A DNA stretch of 63,024 nucleotides, filler included, from Phoronis australis (lineage: Eukaryota > Animalia > Phoronida): the NCBI GenBank assembly GCA_002633005.1. It is 6 parts of 6 records of this genome, joined end to end, with 100 filler letters (N's around TTAATTAATTAA, not from the genome) between each part and the next. Parts side by side here need not be neighbours in the genome. Positions count along the whole stretch, not along the records: positions 50,771 to 53,943 come from NMRA01001967.1; positions 54,044 to 58,095 come from NMRA01002729.1; positions 58,196 to 63,024 come from NMRA01002481.1; 3 more parts are not named here. One strand, 5' to 3'. A program made the position numbers and the translations under genes. A model generated the notes under the pieces. It ran no database searches, had not been told where the DNA came from, and saw nothing but the letters and a program-made list of their open reading frames with translations. How positions within the stretch are numbered: the stretch's first letter is position 1; every line of letters starts with the position of its first letter. Positions 50,671 to 63,024 of the stretch are shown here, piece by piece.

Positions 50671-52507
50671 NNNNNNNNNNNNNNNNNNNNNNNNNNNNNN
50701 NNNNNNNNNNNNNNTTAATTAATTAANNNNNNNNNNNNNNNNNNNNNNNNNNNNNNNNNNNNNNNNNNNNAATATAGAGGAAGATTTCAAGGGAACCAAG
50801 GGGGGCCCGGCCATGGCCCCCTAATATTCTTTCAGAGTCCATTTGCGATACCAAATAACTTTCAACAGTAATATATTCCAGTTCAGCAACATGTCTTGGG
50901 CATCATCACAAAATGAAGCAGGAGTTGTTACAAATTTACATGCAGAATTGTTATAGTAACTATAACATTATGATTAAACTATCCTCACCTAATACTTTCA
51001 AGTCTTTTAAAATCAACGTGGCAATAATGCGCCCAAAACGTTAACCACGGCCGATCTGTAATGACTACAGCAAAGAAACTAAAATGAATGTTAAAAAGAT
51101 GAATGTACACTGATGGATCAAGGGACAGTTATTTTGGTCACTAGTAGCACAATACAAGATGTTACTGTGAGTACTTATTACAATATTCTGGACACATACA
51201 CCACACAAAACCATCCAACAAATGTCCAAATACTATCAACAATACAACAAGTTTTAGGCCCCTGCTATGTGACACATCACCAGAAATCCAAACTTCAAGC
51301 TCAAATTCCAATATAGGCTTTTGACATTGTTTTGTTTAGAGGGAACTTTGTATTAATACATTATGATTTGTTCACATGTGCAGATAATCCATGACTCTCT
51401 GAGTCAAGCTGCAATCGCGAGTTCCAACTTGAGATTTTAAGTCCAAAACTCGAATTTGTAGCTTTAATGTTAGGGTCACCAAGTGTGAACTCAATGAATG
51501 TACTGTGTGTGAAAATCACGGTGCATTCAAGCAGGAAATCAACAAAACTTATGTTTACTTTGTACTACAGTTAAACAGAAAATATCAAAACTACGGTAAA
51601 ATATCACAAATTTTGGATGCAATGATAGACAAGAGCATTTTTACTTTTTTGTTTTCCATAAAAATGTGTAGCACTAAACTAGTGTTGTGCTATGTTCAAA
51701 TTGCATACTACAACTACCAGCTGTAAATATTGTCAACAAGTGAAGCCAATCGAAACAATCTTAAAAACCGTGAAACTGCAAAAAGGACAGTTTCGGCGCT
51801 TACTTTCGTCCAAAATTGCTGAGATTTTATTGCAAGCCAAAATTGGAAACGGAATTTCGATATTCAACTTCGGTAAGAGCCAGTAACTATGACAACAACT
51901 ACAAACTATAAATCCTTAAACAAATGAACATATGACACGGGATCTGTTCCATTGGAAGTGACTTATGCTACATACAACTACATCTCAAAAATAATTCCAC
52001 ATTACCTCAGAAAAATGTACAGGGTCTGTGAAAATACACCAACAATTAGTGTTACTTCAGACAATTTTACTAAATTATTTCTAAAATGTGGTGCACTAAC
52101 AGTTACAACTACAAGTCAAAACTATTCAATACCTGCGACATGTGAGAGTCACTTTCATGAAACAGAACCCTGTTATGATTGCGTAAAGGTATGACTGGTG
52201 GTACGATTCTCAAAAACTTTCTCATAGAAAAACAAAACTGACATACACAAACAGTACTAAATCATTGCAATGTGTATCAAAGTTCGATGACTGTCAATAC
52301 ATCCACCACTAAAATGACACTTCCTTATAACGCAAAACTGCAAAAAAGGAGGAAATTGTGCTCTGCAACTATTTTCTTGCGTTATTCTTCCAAGACCAAA
52401 AGCATCGTTAGTTCCGATCTCTCCCTGACTCATTTTGAGACATGCTCTCACTGACTACAACAACAACAAATTCTCGCCTACATCAACTTCAGCCAAGGAC
52501 AATGAGT

Positions 52508-52513
52508 TTTATT
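52508..52513 (-). promoter_or_regulatory. candidate AATAAA polyadenylation signal for SPS
   Basis: First AATAAA seen on the minus strand, ~470 nt after the stop codon. Confidence 0.3.
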
Positions 52514-52984
52514 AAAGCTACAAAGGCAGGTAAGCAAGATTTGAAAGGCCATGGTTCGCCAAGTGATGAGTAAGAGAACCAGATCTTGAATCAGTTTTGC
52601 TCGTCTCGGGTGGATTTTTGTTTTTGAAAGGGAATGCAATTAAAAATACCACACCATCGACTCGGTTTTCAAAAAAAAAACAGAGACCAGAACCAAGAGA
52701 TTTTTGGCCTAAGCTAAGGTATGCTCAGTGTCATGACAGTGTATGACTTAAGCTAAGTTATGTACAGTGTCATCACACAGACTTTATGCATCAGTCCAGC
52801 ACAACGGAGAGAATATAGTCCATCCAATGATACTAACTTAAATCTCAGAAAAAATTTGCAACACTCAGATCATAGCAACAATGTTTAGTACATGCTTAAT
52901 GAACACAATGATACAGTACATTGTTGTCAATGACACATAGACCACCAGGCCACACAGAGAGATGAGACATGTTTTGATGCTAAT

Positions 52985-53169
52985 CTACCACAGATCACCA
53001 TCCTTATCTTTCTCTGGTACTTCGATGACTCGCGGCGAGTTTATCATCTTCGCTGTACGATCGCCCTTTTCCACAATGCCGATAATCCATGCTTTGTACC
53101 CTTCCCTTTTCTCAATCTCCTTGACATAGGCTGCGGCTTGCTCACGTGGTAAGGCAATCAACAAACCCC
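52985..53169 (-). CDS. SEPHS: selenophosphate synthetase (SEPHS/SPS, SelD family), last coding exon
   Basis: ttttacag acceptor; [61 protein letters not shown] is the conserved metazoan SPS C-terminus. Missed by the ORF track. SPS1 versus SPS2 cannot be decided here. Confidence 0.95.
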
Positions 53170-54289
53170 CTGTAAAAATGTGTCATAGTAGGCATGTGAT
53201 CATTTTGAATAAACTTTATCAGAGGGTCATTCCCACTGTTTAGCTGTCAATGTTGAATTCCTAACCAAAGTGCATTACCAAGCTTATCTGATCTTGATTG
53301 CTGCCAAATGAGCAACTAAAGTCACTGGTAATGTGAACATGCGTCAGTTTTCGAATTCAAAACTTTGAGGTAGGCCAAACCCAATAAACTTCAAAGCATA
53401 TTTGCGAGTCGCTGAAGGTTTCGATGTTCTTGGTTGTTATGAAAATATAATCCTGTTACAAAGAAGAATATTATGAGACCGATTTTAAGGGAAAGTAAGC
53501 CTTAGCAAGCTAAATGGGCAAAAACGCACCTTTAAAATAAAATCAACAATGACATTAACACTAAACAAAGTAATGCTTTGTAGCTATATGTGTCAAAAAT
53601 CTTCACAAGAGTATACTATCAGGTTACAGTGTTACATGAATTTCATGACAGGAGGCTGTTTGCCTGTGTCTTACAATCTCTTCTAGCAGATCCCAAACAT
53701 TTCTAATGTTCAAAAATTATTTCGATTCCTTAAAAAAAACACAACATAATCTCACAGGGAACATTTCAGGGAAGTCAACCAGTCCGCCTTCCTACCTCAC
53801 CAACCTCACAGGCTCTCTCACAAAAGTGTCATTTTGGCTTAAACACAGTTTCTGTCTCACAAGCTGTTAGTATTATTTCACACACGATGATTCTTTTCTT
53901 ACAAAAACAGTAATTTCTAATGAACCACATTGTAAAAACGCTANNNNNNNNNNNNNNNNNNNNNNNNNNNNNNNNNNNNNNNNNNNNTTAATTAATTAAN
54001 NNNNNNNNNNNNNNNNNNNNNNNNNNNNNNNNNNNNNNNNNNNTTCACAAGATGCTTACTGGTGTCACCTTATTGCTTGAAATCATCGTTTTACACCAAT
54101 AAATCACCAAAATTTGATTGTAAAACCCTTACAAATACATTGAGTTCTTAAAGAAATGAGTTGTTTTATTTTGCTGTAACGGATTTATAGAAATTTTGAA
54201 CATACAGTAATCTACAAAGTTCAGTAGGCCTACTTACGGAGGTAGGTCGCAGGACTGTGTGGAGTCTGTTCGAGATATACAGACAGAAG

Positions 54290-54625
54290 AGTATAGCCAT
54301 GAGGTAATTTTAGACTTGCGAATTTTTTCACTTCTATATACAAAACGCTCATTATAACCCAGTGGCTTGGAACCCAATCAGGCCCGTCGTGGATGTACTG
54401 GAGACATGTCAAACATAAAACAGTCAGTTTAGTCGGCTGCAACGAAAAGACTAAATAACGTGCACGTGAACATTTTGGTGAATTTGCCACGAAATTGTAA
54501 AATAATCTACTTGTCAGGGGCTGTGAAACCAGGTTCCCCTTCCACAGAACCGTACAGGGAAGAGGTGTACAATAACAATAATTTAAATTATGTATATAAG
54601 ATTCCTCTGTCATCTGACCATAGCA
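54290..54625. mobile_element. older diverged internal fragment of the same Kolobok-type family
   Basis: Collinear similarity to ~55600-56010 (ttagacttg.., caaaacgct.., cagtggct..ccc.atcaggcccgtcg, tgcacgtga, aatctactt). Confidence 0.6.
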
Positions 54626-55181
54626 TATTATGTCAAGTTATAGTTTCGCAGCACCACGAGGATCTAAGTTCTTGTTAAATGAACCCCGGTTGCTTAACAA
54701 AATTAAAGCCAAGCCAGTGCTCTTGTGTTTAGGACTGTCGCCGTTCTCTTTTGCTGTGCGGCCTTGGAGTGGGATATCGATGCATGCATTATAGTTCCCA
54801 CACTGGAATCATTGGAGTACACATTACATGTGATTGACAGCTCAGTCATAGACATGGGTGTTATCAGCCCCAGAAAGACGGGCTCGAGCATTTCTTCATT
54901 ACTCGATGTCATTGCTCTGGTGAAAGATAAGGATGTGGCCGTTGTTTGGTGATTGATAGAGTTGTCATTTCCACGTTTGCTGTCTATTTGCAATAAACGA
55001 CATACGAGATGCTAATTGAAATGAGCTGTTAATTGATGACAGTTCCAAGTCATTATTGTCTGCCGGGACATTGCGCACCAACACCGGGAATGCCCACTCC
55101 TGCAGTGTAATTGTCGGGGATATCTTACATGAAAAATAAATATATTTTTCCAACACAAGGTTTGGTAAGTGGTTGGTTTAA

Positions 55182-56868
55182 AGGAGCATGCCACCCAAAA
55201 AACAACCTAATTTGTATCAATTTAGATCGAGTAGTTCTACTCCATAACGACACGTACGGTTGCGTTACCTGACACCTGACGGCAGACGGAGGTGTTGAAA
55301 TTATCCAATGACGTCATTGGTTTCACACGCAGTCTGTTCAGCAGTTCACAACACAGGTTACTGGTGTCAGCTTATCGCTTGGTCATCGTTTAACACTGAT
55401 AAATCCTCAATCTTCGATGTAAAACCCTTAAAAATTCACCGAGTTCTTATAAAAACGTGTTGTTTTATTTCACTCTTACGGATTTATTGGTATTTGGACA
55501 CACCATAGCCTACAAAAGTTCGACATGCCAATAAGGTCTGTAGCAGGAGTTTGGGGTTTACTGTGTTCGGAGATAATTTCGAAGTATTTTCCATGAATAC
55601 AGACAGGAGAACCTATGTCTGTGTTGTTTAGACTTGTGATTTTTTGAGTTCTAAACACAAAACGCTTGTTATCCTGGCCAGTGGCTCGGAGCCCGATCAG
55701 GCCCGTCGCGGCGCCGGCCGGATTGACTCGTTATCCTGGCCAGCGGCTCGGAAACTGATCAGACATCACAAACATAAACCAGCCAAATTTCAGTGGAAAC
55801 TAAACTTCCAGTCAAGAAAATACTATACTAGTGAGCCAAAGTAATGTGCACGTGATTATGGTGGTGAATTAGCCACTAATATGCAAATCTACTTACTCGT
55901 CGGGGGCCGCGAATTCAGGTTCCGCTTTGGCCACAGCACGGTTAGGGCAGAAGTTGTACATTGACAATCATTATTTGAGTAATGTAAATGTAAATAAAGA
56001 TTCCCCTAACACCTCGCCGTGGGATGGAAATCGAGTTGTTTCACAACAGTTTTTGCCAGCAAACAGTAAATTAGCATGAGCTCACACGGCCTCAGTGTCC
56101 TGTCTCTTAGTTTTATTGCACCTAAAGCCCAGGCAACGCAGTGATTTATTCATTGCTGGCTTCTCAAATCATTTGCACTCACGAAAACTCCAAAGGCATT
56201 GCAAATTGCATCTAATGAGACAGACTTTGTTTCAGTTTCACATAAGTTTTGGTTAGGGTGAGAATAATTCATTTTGAAATTGAACGGTCAGTAATAAACA
56301 CCAACATGGCAACTCGCAATCCCGACTTAGGACGAGCTAAAGCTCATCAGTCTCTACTTCGCAGGTGGATTGTTAAGTTTTACAGGCTATCAATTCGAAC
56401 AGGAATACAGTGATGAAGAAATACTAGAGAGGCGCCGTGAACAACCTCAGACATTGGAACGTATCGAGTTATTTGGTAAGCCGGTGTTCGTGAGGCACTG
56501 TCGACGTCTGCAGGCCACAGACACGAAGATGTTTCACGGCCTCATACTTGCTATTTACAGCGTACATTTCATTCTTCACTACCATGAGCCACTTCCTAAG
56601 GATTTCGGACTCTCGAGGAATTAGTAAAAAAAACGATATACCCGCTTTCCTTGCAGCTGCTTAGTTCGGACAAGCGGTAACGATGCACCGCAACATAGCG
56701 GCATTCACTCTGCATATGAACCACTGACGTCGCTAGCGTCGTTTCTCACCTTCCTCACAGGTTAACGCGACACCTCTTAGCAAGGCAAGGTCGACCGTAT
56801 GCGAGACGATGTGGATATAGACCGATTAAAACGGCAAAAAACCAAATTAAATCGGGTGGCATTCTCCT
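55182..56868. mobile_element. non-autonomous Kolobok-type DNA transposon, full length
   Basis: ttaa|AGGAGCATGCCACCC...GGGTGGCATTCTCCT|ttaa; coding remnant GYQFEQEYSDEE...; other copies in the window. Confidence 0.8.
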
Positions 56869-57869
56869 TTAAGGATTAGTAGAAACTTTGTTGTATTGTT
56901 AACGTTTTATCATGCTGTGGTAGCGATCACCGATCTACGTGGCTTTTAAATTTGTTCTGTTCCTCCAAGAGGGTTTTTCTCTCAACCTGTGACCGCCAGT
57001 TTGTCTGTTGTAACCGACGCGAAACGGGTGACTTAACTTTGGGATGTGCGACATGATTTAATGACTGGCGACTGGGGTTTTGAGACCTATAGGTATATCC
57101 TTGCAACTATACCTTTCTCAATATATCCAGGATTGTCATACTCTCGTTTGACTCTGCGGAGTCCAGTTAAATTGCTGATGAAGTTAATAAAAATATGAAA
57201 CTTTGCATTGTTCGCCACAATGTCCTTCCCAAGCCAAGTATTGATACTGTTAGGGAAGGTCCGTAGATTTAATTGTAATTAAACTTTTTGAAAAAATGGC
57301 GACACAAAGTCCTTTTCTTCAGGTCCTCAAAATAAAATATTGACAATATGCCCTTTTCGTCATGTGCTCCTCTCTAGGGGCATGGCCTTGTCTCGGCACC
57401 TGAAAAGGAGCCTTCTTAAAATAATTCTGTTCTGCAACATATACTAGGTACTGCTACTGATATGAAAATACTGTCAACAATCACTAATTGTGACTATTGA
57501 CGATCGTCCCAGCATCGGCTTACTAGCGAAGAGATGACAGTGAACTTTGTAAATAATCTAAAAGTGAGATGAACAAACTAAATGGCACTAAAAATAAGTA
57601 TCCTGTAGCACTGACGAAGGCCAATGCTTGTACGTTAAGTTTTTTTTTTCGCAAGTTTCTCAATCATGTATTATTTGTATTTTGCAGTTATGTTGGCTTT
57701 GTTGGTACTAGTTATTGGAGGTCTTATCGTTACTTGGATTTGGAGACGTTATAAACAGAAGCAAAGCGGTATGTTGTGAGACATGCAATGTAAAATGTGT
57801 TTTTCTTAAATACACCGTTTACCTGTCCCCGATCAGATGTCTGATGCTAATGATTTCGCAAGTAAGTTG

Positions 57870-58020
57870 TCATCAGATCCTAATCCACAGTTTCTCATAT
57901 AAGTTCTCTCCAAGTGCCTGATTCATAATTCCACATGTAAGTTCTCTCATATGTCTGATCCAGAATTTCTCATGTAAGTTTTTGTGGGATGGATGATCCA
58001 GAATTTCACATTTAAGTTCT
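57870..58020. repeat. ~39-bp degenerate tandem repeat
   Basis: gatcca.aatttc.cat.taagttct recurring 4 times. Confidence 0.7.
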
Positions 58021-60239
58021 GGGCCCGGTCTCCAATCTTTTTACTCGAAATGGAACTCGAAATTAGGTTTGGCATTTTCTACTCTACTTTTGGACNNNNN
58101 NNNNNNNNNNNNNNNNNNNNNNNNNNNNNNNNNNNNNNNTTAATTAATTAANNNNNNNNNNNNNNNNNNNNNNNNNNNNNNNNNNNNNNNNNNNNCCCTA
58201 ACTCAAAATCCTGGACCCGCCCTGCCACCTACGCACCTGCTGCGGTTAAGTGTCGGTACAAGGGCCAACCATTGTGGCTTTACATGTGAGTGTGTTTTTG
58301 AGAATATTTCAAACAATTTTATAATTTATCAGTTTCAGCTTGAAGCGAATAACATCTTTAAAATTTGACGACTTGTCATGTCCACCGTTCAATGATGTGA
58401 CAGCCGGTATGCGGCCGACTAGGAAAATGTGAGTATTTCACATGACGAAAAGCGCCATCATTGTTGAATATTTAAATCATGAATTGACCTCTTTTACATG
58501 AAAAGGTTATCACGTGAGTTTGAAAAATCTCGTGGATTCAAAAACGGCGCCTTACACTGGCATCCGAATTTTACCGCAGCTTATAAAAAGTTGGAGGGGA
58601 AATTTGGACACTCATTTTTTATCAAATCATGCTTTTTTGTATGTTTTTTAATTAAAATTAACACAGAAAACAGGATATCCATGCATTAGGCCTCTTGTAA
58701 ATTCAAATGCAATTGCACGACAAGCGGTCATGTGATCTAAATATAACTTGTAAATGGCAGTGTACCTACCGCAGACTTTCAAGATCGCGAAGAGAAGCAG
58801 ACGTCAAATCGAGGAATGATGATGAGCATGCATCAAATGTCCTGAAACCTTGTTGCAATTCAAAGATACATTGTAAAAAATTCATACTATTGTTTAATGA
58901 AACGAGGAAGCTTTTCATTTATTAGAAAGGGTGGGTAGGTGGGGATTTATTTGACATTCATTTAGATTCGTCCGAATTTTACGGCTGTCCGAGTTTCCCC
59001 AAACTACCCCTACCCCCTTCTTTACTTTCGATGTATACTCGGGAACCCAATGGTCGTCCGCCTAAGCATAAAACCGACTTGCTGTTGTACTCACCGAATT
59101 ATTCCACTTCAAAGTTATGGTCTGAATAGGATTCGATTTAACTCTCACAGATATACCGCATTCATCGATTCGGAAGTTTTCTTTAATTTGTGCCGAGTTA
59201 TTTCAAATGTGCACTGCCTTCGGCAGCCATTTTATTGTGACACCTAAGGTCGTCATATGCTGCCCCCTTTTGTAAAAACTGAGAAATATGCAGAAAAAGG
59301 CCAACGAAGTAATGAAAATTGCAACAGCCTGTTTTTATTGACATAAACTCGATTTGAAGCTTTGATGTTGAGCTCTGCACTGTGGTTTCCAATAAAAGCC
59401 AATTGGACAACATTTCAATGCAGTTTAATGGTGAATGCGTGAGGCAAAANNNNNNNNNNNNNNNNNNNNNNNNNNNNNNNNNNNNNNNNNNNNNNNNNNN
59501 NNNNNNNNNNNNNNNNNNNNNNNNNNNNNNNNNNNNNNNNNNNNNNNNNNNNNNNNNNNNNNNNNNNNNNNNNNNNNNNNNNNNNNNNNNNNNNNNNNNN
59601 NNNNNNNNNNNNNNNNNNNNNNNNNNNNNNNNNNNNNNNNNNNNNNNNNNNNNNNNNNNNNNNNNNNNNNNNNNNNNNNNNNNNNNNNNNNNNNNNNNNN
59701 NNNNNNNNNNNNNNNNNNNNNNNNNNNNNNNNNNNNNNNNNNNNNNNNNNNNNTTTGATGTTGAGCTCTGCACTGTGGTTTCCAATAAAAGCCAATTGGA
59801 CAACATTTCAATGCAGTTTAATGGTGAATGCGTGAGGCAAAAATGTTAAGAACCCAGCGTATCGCATTTGTCTGCGGATTTTTCCTTTGGCCTTCTATAT
59901 CCTACTAGTGCCTGGGACAAACAGATACATTGCATAAACAAACCCTGGATCATGTTTTGTGTCCCGTCGGAAGAAAATTTAAATTCGAAAACATCTTCTG
60001 AAAACGCACAAAAAAGTGTATTAGTAAATACTGATTTTTAAGTGGTTTTAAAAAACAATCGGTAAACTCACCGATTTTTGTCTCATTACTTTGATACGTG
60101 TCTCTTCCGATAAGTTAGTACCTAACGTGCACACGAGCACTCCAAATTGGAACGCTAAGTCCCGCGTGGTTGCGCTGCACGCGAAACAAGATGGCGGACG
60201 ACCTTTGGAGCCTGACGACAATAGGTAACCGGACTATAT

Positions 60240-60380
60240 ACATACTAGAGGTATATGCACTTTCATCATCAGATATTAAGACTACTAACAGGGCAACTCG
60301 CAGGAGCAACCACAATTCCGTTCAGCACATCCATGCCAGAACAAACGCCTACAAATATTCCTTATTTCCTTGGACAAGAC
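60240..60380 (+). mobile_element. 3' fragment of CR1-like LINE ORF2
   Basis: HARTNAYKYSLFPWT resembles the RT..YKYSFFPRT C-terminal motif. Confidence 0.55.
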
Positions 60381-60849
60381 AAGGTTAGACAAGGTATGTT
60401 TTACTTTCAAACTTGTTCAAAGCTAACATCTCTGCCTGGTAGATGGGAATAAGCTGAATGTTTTGTGCACGTTTGAGTCCGGTCACGTGAAATCATGTGA
60501 TACTTGCACCGAATCTCCTCCTCCATTCTTATATCCATCAATCACATTAGTAAGTTCAAACCAACCTGCAATTCGCGATATTCTGCAGCAACATACTCTG
60601 CACTCCATCTCACCGCCGCCATGTTGCTCTCTAACCCCACCTAGCGGTACGAGACCTCATCCCTGATGCAGCCGCGGAGAACGCCGAGCGGCGGCGAAAG
60701 ACCGTCTGTAGTGCCCAAATTTGATATATTCCGAAGGATCCTCTTCTGGGCTGTCTGGAGTTGCCAAAACCCCAAGTTGCAATGCTATAGTTTAAATGTC
60801 AGTGGGAGGACAATCGAATTATATATTAACTTGAGAGCCGGAAGAGAAA

Positions 60850-62160
60850 GATAAGATTTCAATTTATATATTAGTCCACCGAGATTGTTCAGTTTGTTTG
60901 AGAAAGTATGCCGGGGGACCATGAGAGGTTTTTCAGTTGTCAACAGTCAAGGAAAGGAAAACTGTTCACATGACATATTGTTTTGCTATTTATATAAATG
61001 GGGAGAATAATACACTTTTCGATTTTCCTTTGGGGGGGTGGGAGATCATTAATTTACTTTTTGATGTGTTAATTGAAAGTTTGTTCACAGAAAACCAGTC
61101 TGATTTAAGGTTGTTGTTGATGGTGGTTGATTGCTGTAAAGTGTTGGGAAGATTCAGTCAGTTTGTAAGGTGTGACGAGGCAAGTGTCGTCAGCATAAAG
61201 AAGTGTGTCCATGGGAGAACAAAACGAAAGATCATTTTTGTAAACTTTAGAAGAGAAGTGGGCCAAGGACAGAGCCTTGGGAAAACCCCGGTAGATATTG
61301 TTAACCAACTAGAATTTGTGTCTCTCAGTCAACATATTGGGTGCGGTTTGAGAGATAACTTTTAAACAGTTTATATTCAACTCCACTAATACCATAGTGG
61401 TCTATTGTGTCGTAAGAAAGATGACTAGGGGACTCATGTCATTATCAAGAAGGTAACAAAGGTGGTCTAAAAGTTCAAGCGAAGCAAGTTCTTTAGAGTG
61501 ACATTTCCTGAAGCCATATTGATGTTTATAAAGAATATCACTTTCATTTAGGAAAGTTGAAAGTTGTGTATCGATATTTTTTTCTATAATTTTTGAGATT
61601 TTTGGGAGAATATAAATGGGTCAATAATTGCCCGGGTGCTCTGGGTCCAAACCATGTTGTTTAAAAAATGGGATCATCTTAGCAATCATGAAAGCATCTG
61701 GAAATATACCAGTGGGGGGCAAGAACTGGTTGATGATGGTCGTGAGAGCTGCAATTATAAAAGGACTGCTTATTTTGATAATTTTAGCAGATAAATTGTC
61801 ATGACCAGTACTATTTTTTGCGTCCATGTCTCTTATAATTTCTAGTACAGGTTTATTTTCATCATAGTTATTGATTCAGAAAGGGATAGGCCGATTTGGG
61901 TAAAATAGGTGTTGAATAAACTTGCCATTTCGGGTAGGTCACTGGTTTTAGTGTTGTCTGAACGTAAGAGACATTCTGGGGTATCATTCTTTGTTCGAAC
62001 ACCGTTGTTCATAATTGTCTTTATTGTATCCCATGTTTTATTTATGTCAGACTTCCCTTTTTCGAATATGTCATGATAGTATGATTGCTTGGCGGATTTT
62101 TTTTAAGAATCTTGTTGTATACTTTAAGATTGTTGTGACATGTAGCGTAACTTAGTAAGA
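60850..62160 (-). mobile_element. decayed CR1/L2-group LINE reverse transcriptase
   Basis: STGHDNLS..IK, TGIFPDAF.IAK.IP.FK, GNY*PI.ILPKISKIIEK, QYGFRK.HS, LYADDT; frameshifts. Confidence 0.9.
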
Positions 62161-63024
62161 TTGTGTGTTGCGAGGGATCTTCCGTCGCCGACCTCAGTTC
62201 AGAGTCATTCCAGTGTATTTGATGACATCTTATTTAACCATACTCGTTAAGTGTAGTATGACATAACTACAGTGTTTGTCTTTAACTATGACAACGTAAG
62301 GACAGAATCGTGGAATGGAGATTGTCAAATGTAGAAATTCACTTATGCATGATGGTGTTTTATTACTCTTTTTTGTAATGTGCAGTTAAAAATTATAAGA
62401 ATAAGAACAGAATGGCTGCCCTTTCCCGCAGCTATAGCTGGTTAAGACCGAAAATCGAGTCAGATCTTTTCACTCTACTCTCGTCAATTCATTGCCGTCG
62501 GATAGGATTCCATTTCTACACGACAGTGAGAATTTCAAAACCATCAGCGCCGACTCGAAGAAAACGTTCCAGAGTTTGTTTATAGCCAAAGACCTATGGA
62601 ATTGCAAATGGCACATCTGCAGGTACGCGCATTGTCAGTGACTTGAATTGGTATTGCCCGCGACTCGAGAAATAAAATCCCGCCCAATTCACAGTCGTAA
62701 AATGATACCCTAGGCCGCGCTTTAGTCACTACCGGTATAGGCTAGTACTATAGCTGCAGCCCAAAGGATTTCGCGTTATTCCACCCCGTTCAGTTAGTCA
62801 TGTGTGTGGTAGCCGGATGATGCCGACTAGCCGTAAACGGTACGCGAAAGCCCGGTAAAAATTTCCTCCCGCGTAGACAAAATCGACGGCCACTGAAACT
62901 GAAGGTTTTGACCTAGTCCGTCAGCGGCGACACAGTCGACGCCTGGTGGACGACCAGTCATTGAAATGACTCTGAACCGAAAGGCGCGGCCCGGCCACTT
63001 CCACGTACGCAGTGGCGGATTTAG

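Noticed and set aside
52815-52875. SECIS candidate AUGA-UCUGAGUGUUGC-AAA in SPS 3' UTR
   Set aside because: Spacing fits, but helix II is mostly G-U with a bulge and no GA lies in register on the 3' side.
59361-59843. ~90-bp direct repeat flanking an N-run, and X-filled ORFs
   Set aside because: Contig-end overlap across a scaffold gap; assembly artefact.

Overview
This is AT-rich, repeat-rich eukaryotic (invertebrate-like) genomic DNA from a draft assembly; most six-frame ORFs are spurious and the real genes are spliced. (1) The 5' half of a meiotic TEX11/ZIP4 (SPO22-TPR) gene lies on the minus strand, with 15 phase-compatible GT-AG exons (~484 codons) from 20457 down to 1202; it continues off the left edge. 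(2) An intronless 192-aa orphan ORF is nested on the same strand in the 6.5-kb TEX11 intron. It carries a duplicated DLNALCxEF motif, an RVxF, a KEN box, an S-T-P site and securin-like motifs, and is the most interesting object here. (3) One N-terminal exon of an SLC26 anion transporter is cut by a gap. (4) The terminal exon of a selenophosphate synthetase (SEPHS/SPS) is present. (5) Mobile elements include an internally deleted Academ-type transposon (TAG..CTA termini, ATG TSD, XPG-like remnants), TTAA-flanked Kolobok-type elements, Tx1/L1 and CR1/L2 LINE relics, MITEs, tRNA-derived SINE heads and several minisatellites. Five 100-bp gaps with a TTAATTAATTAA linker join contigs, so gene order across them is unreliable.
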